Shown here piece by piece: positions 51,638 to 63,310 of a DNA stretch of 64,000 nucleotides. The stretch is from Nemertoderma westbladi (taxonomy: Eukaryota; Animalia; Xenacoelomorpha): the NCBI GenBank assembly GCA_032718475.1, contig JAUCBJ010000877.1:62001-126000 (forward strand), written 5' to 3'. Under the pieces are notes generated by a model, which made no database searches, had not been told where the DNA came from, and saw only the letters and a list, made by a program, of their open reading frames with translations. Numbering within the stretch: the stretch's first letter is position 1; each line of letters opens with the position of its first letter. A program made the translations under genes and the position numbers.

Positions 51638-51943
51638 TAATGAAGACGAGTACTGCGTTGACTATACTCATATAAAACACCTGGCTTCGCATATTGAACA
51701 CATCGATAGTTATAAAGATCGCCAGTCTGCGTTTAGGAAATATATTTAAATACAAATCAGGACGAGCACAACGAGGATTATAATGAAGACGAGTACTGCG
51801 TTGACTATACTCATATAAAACACCTGGCTTCGCATATTGAACGCATCGATAGTTATAAAGATCGCAAGTCTGCGTTTAGGAAAAAAATTTAAATACAAAT
51901 AAGGACGAGCACAACAAGGCTTATAATGAAGACGAGTACTGCT
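51638..51943. repeat. 143-bp tandem duplication (2 units plus start of a third)
   Basis: taatgaagacgagtactgc begins at 51638, 51781 and 51924. Confidence 0.9.
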
Positions 51944-52435
51944 TTTATTATATTCTAAATTTTAATTTGTGTCTCATAACTGAGCCTCGTGCTGCGCGAA
52001 GTCCCCACGAACGTGTATATACTGTATAATGTGAGGTAATAGTGATAGGGTAATGGTGATAGGGAAAATACACCGAGTTAGTTGTAAGCTGTCAATCTAA
52101 AGTGTTGGGAGAAGCTGATAGGGAAATCCCAGGAGTGGTCATGTGTCTACATACTGAATGGTATAATTGGATTCGGTAGGTTACATAGGATTATAAGGTG
52201 TCTGTCTACTTAAAGCGCATGGTTAGGTAGAATACGACATAATGATAACTGTCTACATATTGGTTAAGGTGATTGGTTGCCGGATAATTTTTACAGATTA
52301 AGAAAAATACAAGAAACAAAAAACCGAAGACAAAAACAAAAACAAAAAAGAAGATAGGAAAAGCACATAAATACCCCGGAAAATCACTATAGAGGGCACT
52401 GTAGTTGGTTACATACGCATCTTGTGTACATTATA

Positions 52436-52856
52436 CACCATGACCCGTAATATAGTGTCAATTTTCTGATGACACGGACCCCCCCCCCCCCCCCCCCCCA
52501 AATTTTTCTACAAATCGTTATCATATTGCTTGAAATTTGAAACACAACTAGTTCAACTCACTGTGGTTTTTTAACATGAAGACGGAATTTTCGATTTCGC
52601 CTTTAAATTTTATTTATAAGCGTTTTAAAAAAGTGTCTTGCGAAATCGCACCCACCGTATCAACGCCATTCTTCACATTATTCGTAATTTAATTTCATAT
52701 CAATAGAAAGAAAGCTTGCGTTGCAAGGATTCGAAATATGTAACAATATCTGAATTTCGTTGAGAAACAGCTGAGAAATAGGCATTCAACGATTGCAAGA
52801 ATTATTGTTCGCTGCAAGCCATTTATTCTATTTAATAAATACACAAAATTCTAGAA
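52436..52856 (+). repeat. Left long inverted repeat (TA-flanked DNA transposon/MITE arm)
   Basis: TA|caccatgacccgtaatatagtgtc, then a poly-C tract. Reverse complement matches 57936-58276 closely and 59090-59500 more distantly. Confidence 0.85.
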
Positions 52857-53232
52857 TGTGTTATTTATTTTATAAGTATATTCTAATATAAAGTGTATAA
52901 TTCTAGTATTCAAGTATAATTCTATGATTACTATTTATTAATATATAAATAAAATAAATTGTGTAGACAACACAAACACACATCCAAATAAATACTTAGC
53001 TTTATGTATAATTAGAAGAATAGGAAAGTATATATATGATAATAATTAAAGTATTAATATATCGGAATAATTAAATAACCATGTGCTTACTGTATATGCT
53101 CGGGTGTAGAGTTTATAACTACTTTGTAAAAAATGTAAACATTAACTCAAAACAACATTAATAGTTTAAGGTGAAATAAAGTAAAGATAACAATGAATTA
53201 TGGTAACAGTGAATGTATAAATTAAAGGGGAG

Positions 53233-56200
53233 TTAGGGTGAGGGGTACATCTCCCTGTCCAAATCCCTGACTCCCGCCCCATCCCCGAACCCCAGACCCC
53301 TCCAGGGCCTCCTTCCACCGCGGAGGCACAGAGAGTTTGCCCTTAATAAGGCGAACTGCAGTCGCCTTCTCACAGCCCCCAGGACTGCTCCCAACCCCCG
53401 CTGCCTCATCCCCACCCTCCTCACCACCAGTGCGTCCGCGAGGTGGCGGATGAATTTCTCGCCCTCGGCGCCCCAGACTCCGTCGGTGGAGCACACGAGG
53501 GGGGTGAAGTTCATCCGCCTCGACTCACAGGGCTCCTGGTAGTGGGCCTTCTTCTCGCGTTCTTTCTGTGAGAGAAGGGTCTCCACAGAGCGGTTTGAAC
53601 GAACGTAGGAGGTGGCGTCGACATTAATTACAGCGATATCGAAAGACGCCACCACCTGATTCGTCCAAACCCCCCTGGTGACCAGGTCAGCCCGAACCCC
53701 CCCAACCGTCGTCCCCTCCGAGTCCAGGTGCCCATTCCGCAGCACCACCTCCCGCTCTACGTTCGAGTTCCCGTACGCCTCTGCGAGGAGGTCCCCAAAC
53801 ACGTCACGGATCTCGTTGTGACGGCGGGTGATCAACCCTCCAACCTTGCAACTGAGGGCGTGTGACGTGTCGAATGGTGCGCCGCAGCCCTCGCAGGTCA
53901 GTGGAAGGTCAGGGGGGCTCAACCCATACCGTAGCGCGAGGTTGTCGCGAAAGGACTGGGGGTCGAGGTCCGTCTGGTCCAATGGGGAAGGCTGAGCTGA
54001 CAGCCACCCACCGGTCTTGAACTGGGCGGCCCGGCTTATGGGGCGATGGCGTTCACGTGGGAGTCCCGCGATGGTCTCCTCGAACGTTTCTTTGAAGTTC
54101 TCGTTTGATTCGTTGCGGCTTTCCTTCAAAGCCTCAGCTAGGCAGGACGCGTGGTCAGCAACATGCAGTCGAACGCCAGTTTTGATTGCCTCAACGACTT
54201 TCGCGGTCCCGGCAGTAGAGGCGATGTGGGCGGGCCCAGTGCGCATGATGGGGTCTCGGATTCCTAACCCACCATGTCGGACCGGGAGCAGCAGTATTGG
54301 ATCGATGGTTGGTCCGGGGGTGGATCCAAACAACGCCGGAATGTAGCGGTTGATCAGCGCGGAAAGGATGGGTGCTAAGTCATTCTCGTCCGGGTTGCAG
54401 ACTCGCATGACGTAGTCCCACTCAGACTGGAGGCATCGGCTCATCGCGGCGTGAGCAGTTTGAGGGAACTGTTCAGCTACTTCTGCCAACGCCTCGATGC
54501 TGCGTGTCCAGCCGGCGACCTTCTCGGCGATGAATTTTCGTCTTCCCACCTGGTCGCCAACGTATCCTCCCAGAAAGCGGTGTCCGGTGACCACCTTGAC
54601 TCCTGACTCTCCAAATAGATGGCGGGCTTGTTCTTCATAGCCAGGTTTCACTACTAGTTGGCTCTTCCTTGGTTCCGGGAAGTATCCAATGGAAGGACCG
54701 ACTCGTTGCAGCTCTTTCCACCACCGGTGAACTGCGTCCATCTTGCCAATAGCTGAGGCATCATCTGCATACCAACATTGGCATCGATCTGGAGGAACCA
54801 TGGGTTCGTTTGCCACTTCTGGAGGAACCGTGGGTTCTGTCACCACATCCGGAGGAATCTTGGGTTCTGTCACCACGTCCGGGGGAACTGTGGGGACAAA
54901 CTGCGGGACCTGTGAAACCGTGGGGTCAAATTCCACACCCGGGACAGACATGGGGACATCAGGCGAGAGCTCGAGAACCGTGGGGACATCAACCGCACCC
55001 GGGACAACCGTGGAAAGAACCTGCGGGATCGGGGGAACCGTGGAGACAACCTGCCGGACCGGAGAAACCATGGGGACATCAACTGCACCCATTGCAACTG
55101 TGGGGACAAACTGCGGGACCGGAGGAACCGTGGGGACAACCTGCGGGACCTGTGAAACCTTGGGGTCAAAATCAGCACCCGGGACAACTGTGGGGACATT
55201 CGGCGGGACCTGAAGAACCGTGAGGACATCAACTGCACCCGGGGCAACCGTGGAGAGAACCTGCAGGACCGGGGGAACCGTGGGGACAACCTGCCGGACC
55301 TGAGGAACCGTGGAGACATCAAATGCACCCATGACTACCGTGGGGACAACCTGCGGGACCGGAGGAACCGTGGGGACAAAAAGTGGGGCTTGAGGAACCG
55401 CGGAAACGTCGACTGCACCCGGGACAACCTTGTGGACAACCTGCGGGACCGGAGGAACACTGAGGACAGCTTGTGGGACCTGAAGAACTGTGGGGGCGAC
55501 AACTCTACCCGGGACAACCGTGGGGACAGCCTGCGGGACCGGAGGAGCCGTGGGGACATCCGGCAGGACCTGAGGAGCCGTGGGTGCCTCTGGTGGGACC
55601 TGAAGAACCGTGTGGACATCAACCACACCCGGGGCAACCGTGGAGAGAACCTGCAGGACCGGGGGAACCGTGGGGACATCAACTGCACCCATGAGGACTG
55701 TGGGGACAACCTGCGGGACTGGAGGAACCATGGGGACAAATAGTGGGACCAGAGGAACCATGGGGACGTCAGCTGTACCCGGGACAACCGTGGGGACTTC
55801 GGGAACCACGGGGACATCAAATGCACCCGGGACAAAAGTGGGGGCAATGGGGACCGGAGATGCCAACTCTGGGTCACCAGGGACTACTCGCAGTCCTCGG
55901 ATCATAGGTATCGTGGTACACCCATATCCAAAGGTCGCGGCGGGATCCCCTTGTGTGTAGCCTTCCTTGCTGTATAGGGGTGGGCCGCCTCCCGGGAGGT
56001 AAAGGGCCGCGTGTCCATTGTAAGAGTTAAAGAGGAAACGAGAGCTCCTATGCCAGTTGATCCGGCAGTACCAGAGGGAGGCAGATCGGCTTATGGAATT
56101 GAAAGCGTTCTGTGCGTCAACAAGAAGCATGCATTCAGTGTTAACGTCATCAAAGATGTCGGTCATGGCATGGACTGCTCCCTCGATGCCCGCTTTTACG

Positions 56201-57696
56201 CCGGCACACAGTTGGTCTGCGGCACATACCTGTGTTATGTCGGACTTAGTGACTGACAACATACAGTTCACAAGCAGTCTGTAGGGGACCTCCCCAACAC
56301 CAATCGGCCGCACCCCAGGCTGCTTGTCCAGGGCCACCATACGACATGCGCGGAGACCACGGATCTCCCCCCAAGGAACAATCGAGTTGGCTAGTCGACG
56401 AGCGAGGGTGGCAAAAGCCTCGCGTAGGCGCGCGCTGTGGTTGTCATAGCGGGTTAGCAGAGAGTACCAGAACTCGGCATCACCCCCCACCGGTCCGGCG
56501 CTACCCCGTAGATACTGCGCCATCTTCAAGACGACCTGGGCTGTTATGTCCAGGTCTTCGAATGGGGGAATGCCGTCATCAGGGACATCGAACACTTCTC
56601 GGGGAGGGGTGATGGGATCGGGATGCTTCAGCTCCAGAACCTGGCGCACTGTAACACCGGCTGGTTGGCCTTCCGCCTGCGAGTTTGGATCGAGGACGCC
56701 ACCCTGGCTCCGGTTGGTGACGCCGCGGAGCGCAGCACGATTCTGGCGGGCCAGAATCTTCCTGTTGAAGACTCGAGCCGCGTCGTCGGTAGATCGTTTG
56801 GCGCCGCCTCGCGTCCTTCTCGATGCTGATACAAAGTTAGTATTGCATCTTTGGGCTTCCAGAATTAGCTGTTCGAACTCCATCCTTTCCCACATCCCCA
56901 GGCGACGCAACACCGTTCTCCGTATGTCGAACCCTTTAAAAACTTCAGGGTCCCGTTGAAAGATAACTGCGGTGTAACAAAGAAAACGTTCAGATGGGTG
57001 GATGCCACGGGTGAGGAAATCGACCTCGTCCGCGAGGATGCTGGCTGCCTTCCTCCCAACGTTACCACCAGGGACGGTGTAACGTCTGGAAGGGAGAGCT
57101 GCGAGACGCTCGTAACGGTCCGCCCAAGTTGGATCCGTGGACTCGCCGTGACTGTTTAGCCATACTCCCCCATACGCTGTCTCTATGCGTTCGGTGGGTG
57201 AGAATGGGTCTGACCCATCGGTAGAGACACTGAGAGGGGGGGAGATAAACTCAGAACTTCTAAGGAAATCTGTTGGCTCTACCAGTAGGGCGGTAGGAGG
57301 TTCAGAAGGAACGAGGGTATCATCCAGTTGGCTCGAGCCCGAGCTGGCTGTGTGGTCGAAGTCGAGTTCAGGGATAAGGGTATCGTCTAGGCTGGAGGGA
57401 TGGTCTCTGTCGTATGTCATCCTGGAGCTGGAAGGCAGTGAGACGTTGGCGGCTGCAACGGGGCTCCTGTTTCTGCTGGTAGGCCGTATTGGTTGTGAGA
57501 AGGAAAGTCCTCGGGGTTGCGTTTTAGCATGATTGCTGGAGTCTGGGCGACCGAACGGGTTGCCACAACGCCGGTCGCGACCGGGAACACACCCGGTACA
57601 GCCGGTCCTCGCCTTGGCACAGGAGCACCGCACACAGCGTTGTCCCGACTCGCCTCCAGCGCTACAATTGCAGCATGATCTAATCTTGGGAGGCAT
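53233..57696 (-). CDS. Intact CRE-clade non-LTR retrotransposon protein: Cys-rich N-terminus, RT, CCHC and restriction-like endonuclease
   Basis: RPIGVGE, QLCAGVKAGIEGAVH, LLVDAQNAFNS, EGYTQGDP, WYADD, GYFPEPRKS, RFLGGYVG, LPVRHGGLGI, CEGC...HALSCKVGG..RRHNEIRD, RADL, FDIAV, EREKKAHY, FTPLVCSTDG. 1487 aa with no stop. Confidence 0.92.
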   Translation of the reverse strand: MPPKIRSCCNCSAGGESGQRCVRCSCAKARTGCTGCVPGRDRRCGNPFGRPDSSNHAKTQPRGLSFSQPIRPTSRNRSPVAAANVSLPSSSRMTYDRDHPSSLDDTLIPELDFDHTASSGSSQLDDTLVPSEPPTALLVEPTDFLRSSEFISPPLSVSTDGSDPFSPTERIETAYGGVWLNSHGESTDPTWADRYERLAALPSRRYTVPGGNVGRKAASILADEVDFLTRGIHPSERFLCYTAVIFQRDPEVFKGFDIRRTVLRRLGMWERMEFEQLILEAQRCNTNFVSASRRTRGGAKRSTDDAARVFNRKILARQNRAALRGVTNRSQGGVLDPNSQAEGQPAGVTVRQVLELKHPDPITPPREVFDVPDDGIPPFEDLDITAQVVLKMAQYLRGSAGPVGGDAEFWYSLLTRYDNHSARLREAFATLARRLANSIVPWGEIRGLRACRMVALDKQPGVRPIGVGEVPYRLLVNCMLSVTKSDITQVCAADQLCAGVKAGIEGAVHAMTDIFDDVNTECMLLVDAQNAFNSISRSASLWYCRINWHRSSRFLFNSYNGHAALYLPGGGPPLYSKEGYTQGDPAATFGYGCTTIPMIRGLRVVPGDPELASPVPIAPTFVPGAFDVPVVPEVPTVVPGTADVPMVPLVPLFVPMVPPVPQVVPTVLMGAVDVPTVPPVLQVLSTVAPGVVDVHTVLQVPPEAPTAPQVLPDVPTAPPVPQAVPTVVPGRVVAPTVLQVPQAVLSVPPVPQVVHKVVPGAVDVSAVPQAPLFVPTVPPVPQVVPTVVMGAFDVSTVPQVRQVVPTVPPVLQVLSTVAPGAVDVLTVLQVPPNVPTVVPGADFDPKVSQVPQVVPTVPPVPQFVPTVAMGAVDVPMVSPVRQVVSTVPPIPQVLSTVVPGAVDVPTVLELSPDVPMSVPGVEFDPTVSQVPQFVPTVPPDVVTEPKIPPDVVTEPTVPPEVANEPMVPPDRCQCWYADDASAIGKMDAVHRWWKELQRVGPSIGYFPEPRKSQLVVKPGYEEQARHLFGESGVKVVTGHRFLGGYVGDQVGRRKFIAEKVAGWTRSIEALAEVAEQFPQTAHAAMSRCLQSEWDYVMRVCNPDENDLAPILSALINRYIPALFGSTPGPTIDPILLLPVRHGGLGIRDPIMRTGPAHIASTAGTAKVVEAIKTGVRLHVADHASCLAEALKESRNESNENFKETFEETIAGLPRERHRPISRAAQFKTGGWLSAQPSPLDQTDLDPQSFRDNLALRYGLSPPDLPLTCEGCGAPFDTSHALSCKVGGLITRRHNEIRDVFGDLLAEAYGNSNVEREVVLRNGHLDSEGTTVGGVRADLVTRGVWTNQVVASFDIAVINVDATSYVRSNRSVETLLSQKEREKKAHYQEPCESRRMNFTPLVCSTDGVWGAEGEKFIRHLADALVVRRVGMRQRGLGAVLGAVRRRLQFALLRANSLCLRGGRRPWRGLGFGDGAGVRDLDREMYPSP
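54790..55885 (-). repeat. In-frame GC-rich coding minisatellite (VPTVPPVPQV/VPGAVD-type) inside the RT domain
   Basis: Units such as gtccccacggttcctccggtcccgcaggtt, about 365 codons, between QGDP (~55945) and YADD (~54765). Confidence 0.95.
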
Positions 57697-57935
57697 TCAA
57701 TTAATTAGTTTAATATTATTCCATTCCATATAATAAATATGATATTATATCAAGATTAGGGTGTTATATTTTTTTTTTAATGTTCAATGACAAGTTGTGG
57801 GCGTGCAGAGTTGCCCTTATTTTAGTAGAGTGAATCAATCACTATTTTTTAAAGACTATTTTATAAGTTGGTGGGCAACAGCGGTATACCTATATAATAT
57901 CTATATTGCGTAGCTAATCATACATAAACAAATTG

Positions 57936-58276
57936 TTCCAGAATATTGTGTATTATTATTAACTAGAATAAATAGCCTGCTGCGAACGATAATTCTTGCA
58001 ATCTTTGAATGCCTATTTCTCAGTTGTTTCTCAACGAAATTCAGATATTGCTACATATTTCGAATCCTTGCAACGCAAGCTTTCTTCTATTGATATGAAA
58101 AAATTACGATTAATGTGAAGAATGTCCACGATACGGAAGGTGCGATTTCGCAAAAGACACTTTTTTAAAACGATTATAAAAAACATTTAAAAGCGAAATC
58201 GAAAATTCCGGCTTCATGGTAACAACCACGGTGAATGGAACCAGTTGTGTTTCAAATTACAAGCAACATGATAAAG
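57936..58276 (-). repeat. Right long inverted repeat (outer end truncated)
   Basis: Reverse complement of about 52515-52856 (e.g. ttcgaatccttgcaacgcaagctttc vs gaaagcttgcgttgcaaggattcgaa). Confidence 0.88.
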
Positions 58277-58309
58277 GTTTAAATCACTCATGATGTCCTT
58301 TTTTTGACT

Positions 58310-58497
58310 TTTATGTCCTCCAGAAATTTGCCGTTAGGTTCCATGCTACCAGTTTCTCTACTGCTCTTCTCTCAGGCTATCAGTACCGGTATTAGTTTTT
58401 TTTGAATTTGTATGTCCTCCAGAAATTTACCGTTAGGTTCCATTCTACCGGTTTCTCTACTGCTGTTCTCGCAGGCTATCAGTACCGGTATATTAGT
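58310..58497. repeat. ~100-bp tandem duplication
   Basis: tatgtcctccagaaattt.ccgttaggttccat...caggctatcagtaccggtat occurs twice. Confidence 0.8.
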
Positions 58498-58649
58498 ATA
58501 TAGAACACTATTTTGCAGTATTGCTGTATTGTATGTACAGATGTAGGTATAAAGCAGGTATTTTAGTACCGGTTCCGGCACCGGTACTGCTGTAGGCCTA
58601 TTGTGTAGCCTACCATTTAAATACGGTAATGGTAGGCCTAACGGCTGAC

Positions 58650-59066
58650 CGGTTGTTTTGGTTAGAAAATCCCGCCTCTGTAACCTGCTCCTTTCCCTGA
58701 TTTGGTAAAGTGACCGTTTATTGTTTTGGTTAGAAAGGCCCGCCTCTGTAACCTGCTCCTTTCTTTCATTTAGTAAAGTGACTGTTTATTGTTTTGGTTA
58801 TAGTTAAGTGATCGTTTATTGTTTTGGTTAGAAAATCCCGCCTCTGTAACCTGCTCCTTTCCCTCAATTAGTTCAGTGATCGTTATTGTTTTGGTTAGGA
58901 AATCCCGCCTCTGTAACCTGCTCCTTTCTCTCAATTGGTAATGTTATCGTTTATTGTTTTGGTTAGAAAATACCATCTATGTAACCTGCTCCTTTCCTTC
59001 ATTTGGTAAAGTGATTGTTTATTGTTTTGGTTAGAAAATCCCGCCTCTGTAACCTGCTCCTTTCCC
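58650..59066. repeat. ~60-bp tandem array (about 6-7 units)
   Basis: tttattgttttggttagaaaatcccgcctctgtaacctgctcctttccct units. Confidence 0.9.
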
Positions 59067-59089
59067 TTTATTTATTTTAAATTTTATTT

Positions 59090-59500
59090 ATTAATACAGT
59101 AGAATAAAATAGCCTCGCGTCAAAAAACCAAAAAACCATGCAACATTTGGACGCTCATATCTCAGCTATTTTTCAACGAAATTCAAATTGTGTTACATAT
59201 TTTGAATCCTTGCATGGCCAGCTTTCCATTGGTACCAACAAACAGCTATAAGGTAGAAAAATAACTGCGGTGTAACTGGTGTAATATCGCTGGAGACACT
59301 TTTTTTAAACGCTTGTAGCTAAAGATTGAAAGCAAAAATAAAAATTCTGGCTCACCCAGTCTGTGGTCGGGTGGTGAAACTATCTCTGTTTCAAATTTCA
59401 TGCAATCTCATTACGATTTGTAGAAAAATTAGGGGGTGGGGCGGGGTGGGGGGGGGGGGGGGTGTCACTGAATTACGACGCTATATTCTGGGACATGGAG
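59090..59500 (-). repeat. Second, more diverged right-type arm with intact terminus
   Basis: Ends poly-G...gtgtcactgaattacgacgctatattctgggacatggag|TA, an inverted homologue of the 52436 terminus. Confidence 0.7.
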
Positions 59501-61136
59501 TAATAGTTATTATATAATATTCTAAGTATCATTGCACTAAATTCAAAAACATTCAACCATAATAAATATAGTTATTCCCCATTACAAACTGTTTAAAATA
59601 ACAATACAATGGTGGGCTATGTAAAAAAATATCCGAATTCGCCCTAGGGAAAATAACCAGTTATCTTCACCACAATATCCCGCTTTTGGTAGCTTAGTTA
59701 CCGCCAATCAATTTGAATATAATAATAAAATATAAAATATTCGCATATTAATAGGTTCCATCCACTAGCTACCATGGTTACAATTCACAACCACTTTGTT
59801 TAGAACTTATTACAGAATTGTTGCCGAGGGTATGATTCCGTAAGACAGAAAATTAGGGGCTTTGCAGCAGTTTGGCGGGTCGTATCTATAGTACTGTAGG
59901 TCATGGGTCTAGCACGTCGAAAGAACTTGGCCCTAACTAAAATGATGTCCTCTTTCAGATGAGAGAAATAATTTGAATAGTAAATTAATAATAAATTGAA
60001 TAGCTCCAGTTGTTTTCGAGACATGGGGGAGTTCCTGGCACCCATACCATATCAGCCCCTTTCAAAATTGATAAAATTACACAAAATACATCACCCTTCA
60101 AAGACTTTGGTATAACCATTAAACCATAACTATGCTTTCGATTTCGAGTCGAATTCATTATTAGTAATCGAAAGCGAAATTAGAATAAAATCTTCATTGT
60201 TTATTTATTTAATAGACACTAAAAAAAGAGCACATACTAACAAGTAGCTCGAAATTTTCGAATAGCCAAAAGTGGTAAATTTGGCAGAATAGTTTGACTA
60301 CTGAGGTTTTAGAATGTGCTGATTTCATTGGCAAGGTTTATAAAATTGTGCTATTTTCAAAAATGGCAAATTTGTCAGTCGAAAATTCTAAGTGCCAGCC
60401 AGTGCATTTCTATTTCAGTAGTACAGTACTCCGGTACTGGTCCGGAAATGTAGAATGTAGTATATTATTATGTAGGCCTATGTATGTATGTATGTATGTA
60501 TATTATCGACTTCTATGTACAATAATAATTGCACAGAGAAATTGTTTACAGATGATTTACAAATTTACAGTAGTATGTTAAGCAAATTGCACGAAAATAA
60601 TACTTTATAAATGTAGTAGTCCGATCGAAGAGAATAGTATTTGAAGCAAATATAGTAACTGAATATATAAAACGGATTTATTAGTTTTGTGAATGTATAG
60701 TGAATTACTGAAAAATATAAATATAAATACGAATGAAAAAAAGAACTTAGAATTTAAAGCAAAATATAGTGACTGGATATATAAAAACGGGTGTATAAAT
60801 TTCGTAATTAATGTAAATATAATGACTGAATGTATAAAGTGGATGCAAGATTATATCGCTTGAATGACCTGTTGAATGCATGACCTATAAATATGCTGTA
60901 CTGTACGCATTATGATATAATAATAATAATATTGTATATTAAAGATGTATTATATAGGGTAGGTCTAATCGAACGTAATGTATTATATATATAATAATAA
61001 ATAGATAGTGTTACTAATATATAATATAATTTTATGTAATAAATAGTTAATACATAAATATAGTTAATATTGAATTGTTTTGTTACTAATATAGTAAATA
61101 ATAATAAATAGATACGGTAATATAATGTATAGTTTC

Positions 61137-61490
61137 TTAGGGGTTAGCCTGCCGTCGCTCATTAATAATAGTCTTTCTTGTCTGGAATAGTTGGGATATA
61201 TAACATGGGGCGTTCGGTAGATCAAGTAGGTCGGTCAGAGAGTCGACCGATGCGGGATCCTCAATGGCGCCACATATGCAAGTACGTTGATCACGTGGTG
61301 TGCGGTTATACCGTCCCTTTTCTATTGCGAGTTCGTGGGAACTGGTGCGAATACGAGCAAATGAGTGGATGTCCGGGTTGGAGTAGATCCCGTTATATGC
61401 CTGTGGGCGTTTGAGATCAGGGTTAATGGTCAAATAAGTCACATAACGACTCTTTCGTAGGGCTGCTTTTCTGATTACGGCGTTTTTCAT
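61137..61490 (-). mobile_element. 3' fragment of a CR1-group/RTEX-like LINE ORF2
   Basis: FARIRTSSHELAIEKGRYNRTPRDQRTCICGAIED is a typical LINE C-terminal motif. Confidence 0.8.
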
Positions 61491-62306
61491 TTGTTGAGAG
61501 GGATTTCTCCAATATAATTTCTGGGCTGTCGGAGGTCAGACACGCTTTGAGGGATCGGCACATTGGGGAGTAAGGATAAGAACTCCGCCGCTACAGTATG
61601 TGTTATGTACATTGCACTGCTGCACTCGCATTGTGGTGGTACTACTGCGTCACTTGTACATTTGTCATTCCATTACTGCTGACTGTATTATGCTGTTAGG
61701 CATCAATGCCTTATCATTATTACATTACCTAATTACGTCCGTACGTGTGTTTATTTGAAAAGTTATTATCACCTCTACATGGACTGGCAGATGGCAGCTG
61801 GCAGCTAATCTTGGTCTGGACATACAGTACTGTAGTATCTGAATCTGTATGCAGGCCGTAACAGTTATAGTTGGGAAGTGCTGTGTGTATAGATGCCGCT
61901 CGCGCGCTCGGTCTACAGTGGCACTTACTTACTTAGTTCGACTCGTCAGGGCTCTTCTACAGAATAGATGACACAAGGGCCTTTCACTAACATTTGTACA
62001 TTTCGACGGGCGATATATTCTTTAACTAACTTCAGTGTGCGTGCAGATTGCCTCAAACTCCTCGAAGACCGCCAGTAAAAAGACTAATACCCGCCAATAC
62101 CGACCTGAATACCGTCCATCGTCCATTGAAATTCATTAAGGGCTACTGCTGGACTTGGGGTTGGAGGGGCCGGTTATTCTTTAAGAACCATGACGCTAGT
62201 GTAATTCTCCTACTTAAACCAGCGGGACTCCTATCTGAATTCCCCGAGGACATATCGACCCTTAGTAAGACAATGCGTGACCACCTTAACAGCGTTCACT
62301 TCTTAG

Positions 62307-63310
62307 ACTGGACGCAATAAAAATTCATCCCTCTCCAAGGGGAATTCGACGCAAATAACAGCTGATTATTCTAAAAAAAAATAAAACTGTAACCTGTTCT
62401 ATTGTGCATAGTTTATTGTTTTGGTTAAAATAACGTGCCACTGTAACCTGCTCCCTTCCCCAAATTGAGAATTTAACATTGAGGCGGGATATTAATTCGC
62501 CAATGCGGGTTTTGGGTCCAGTTTTCCCCCCTGTCTCGCTTCTGATACGATATGGAAACCACTATCTTGCTTGTTTTTAAGACCACTTGCATAGATTTTA
62601 ATAAATTAATAAACATCCCGTCATGAAAATCTACTAAATTCGCTTTTACAGAACTTTATCTTTAACATTAACGATACCAAGATAATTAATTACATCTTGA
62701 AAATCTGTACATCTGTGACGCTCCAAAGAAGGTAGGAAGATTAGAATTCCTAAAGAGAAATCCTCCTTGGATAAGAATAAATGTTTTATTAAATATTTTA
62801 TTAAAATTATTGATATGCCGGCTGTTACATTTTTTTACCATTATAAACAATTCTCGTGTTTGTGCAATTCATTCAAGTCGTGTTCTATTCCGAATTCGAA
62901 TTAATTTTTCGTGCAGTTTTTTTTAATCTCTAAAGAAATTCTAATATCTAATCTGAGCGTTTATTAAATAAGAAGGTCATCTACAGGTACATAAGCAACA
63001 AGGTACATTTATTATAAATGATAGAAACTGCAGAAATTAAATTAGTTTCCGTATAAATAAATGTAAAAAATGACATAAATTATGAGACAGGGGGGAAACT
63101 GGACCCAAAACCCACCTTGGCGAATTAATATCCCGCCTCAATGTTAAATTTTCAATTTAGGGAAAGGAGCAGGTTACAGTGGCACGTTATTTTAACCAAA
63201 ACAATAAACTAAATACAATCGAATAGGTTACAGTTTTATTTTTGAGAGTAATCAGCAGTTATTTGCGTCCAAGTTCCCCTGGAAAGGGATGAATTTTTAT
63301 TGCGTCCAGT
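62307..63310. mobile_element. MITE with ~230-bp TIRs
   Basis: actggacgcaataaaaattcatccc...ccccctgtctc (62307-62537) is inverted at 63084-63310. Confidence 0.88.

Noticed and set aside
54743-55960. Alternative-frame and antisense ORFs over the CRE repeat; intein or intron explanation of the insert
   Set aside because: The GC-rich repeat lacks stops in most frames. No intein terminal motifs are seen, and the main frame is open without splicing.
58650-59066. Regularly spaced repeats resembling a CRISPR array (also 29257-29385 and 40825-41815)
   Set aside because: The intervening sequences are themselves repeated rather than unique spacers, there are no cas genes, and the context is eukaryotic.
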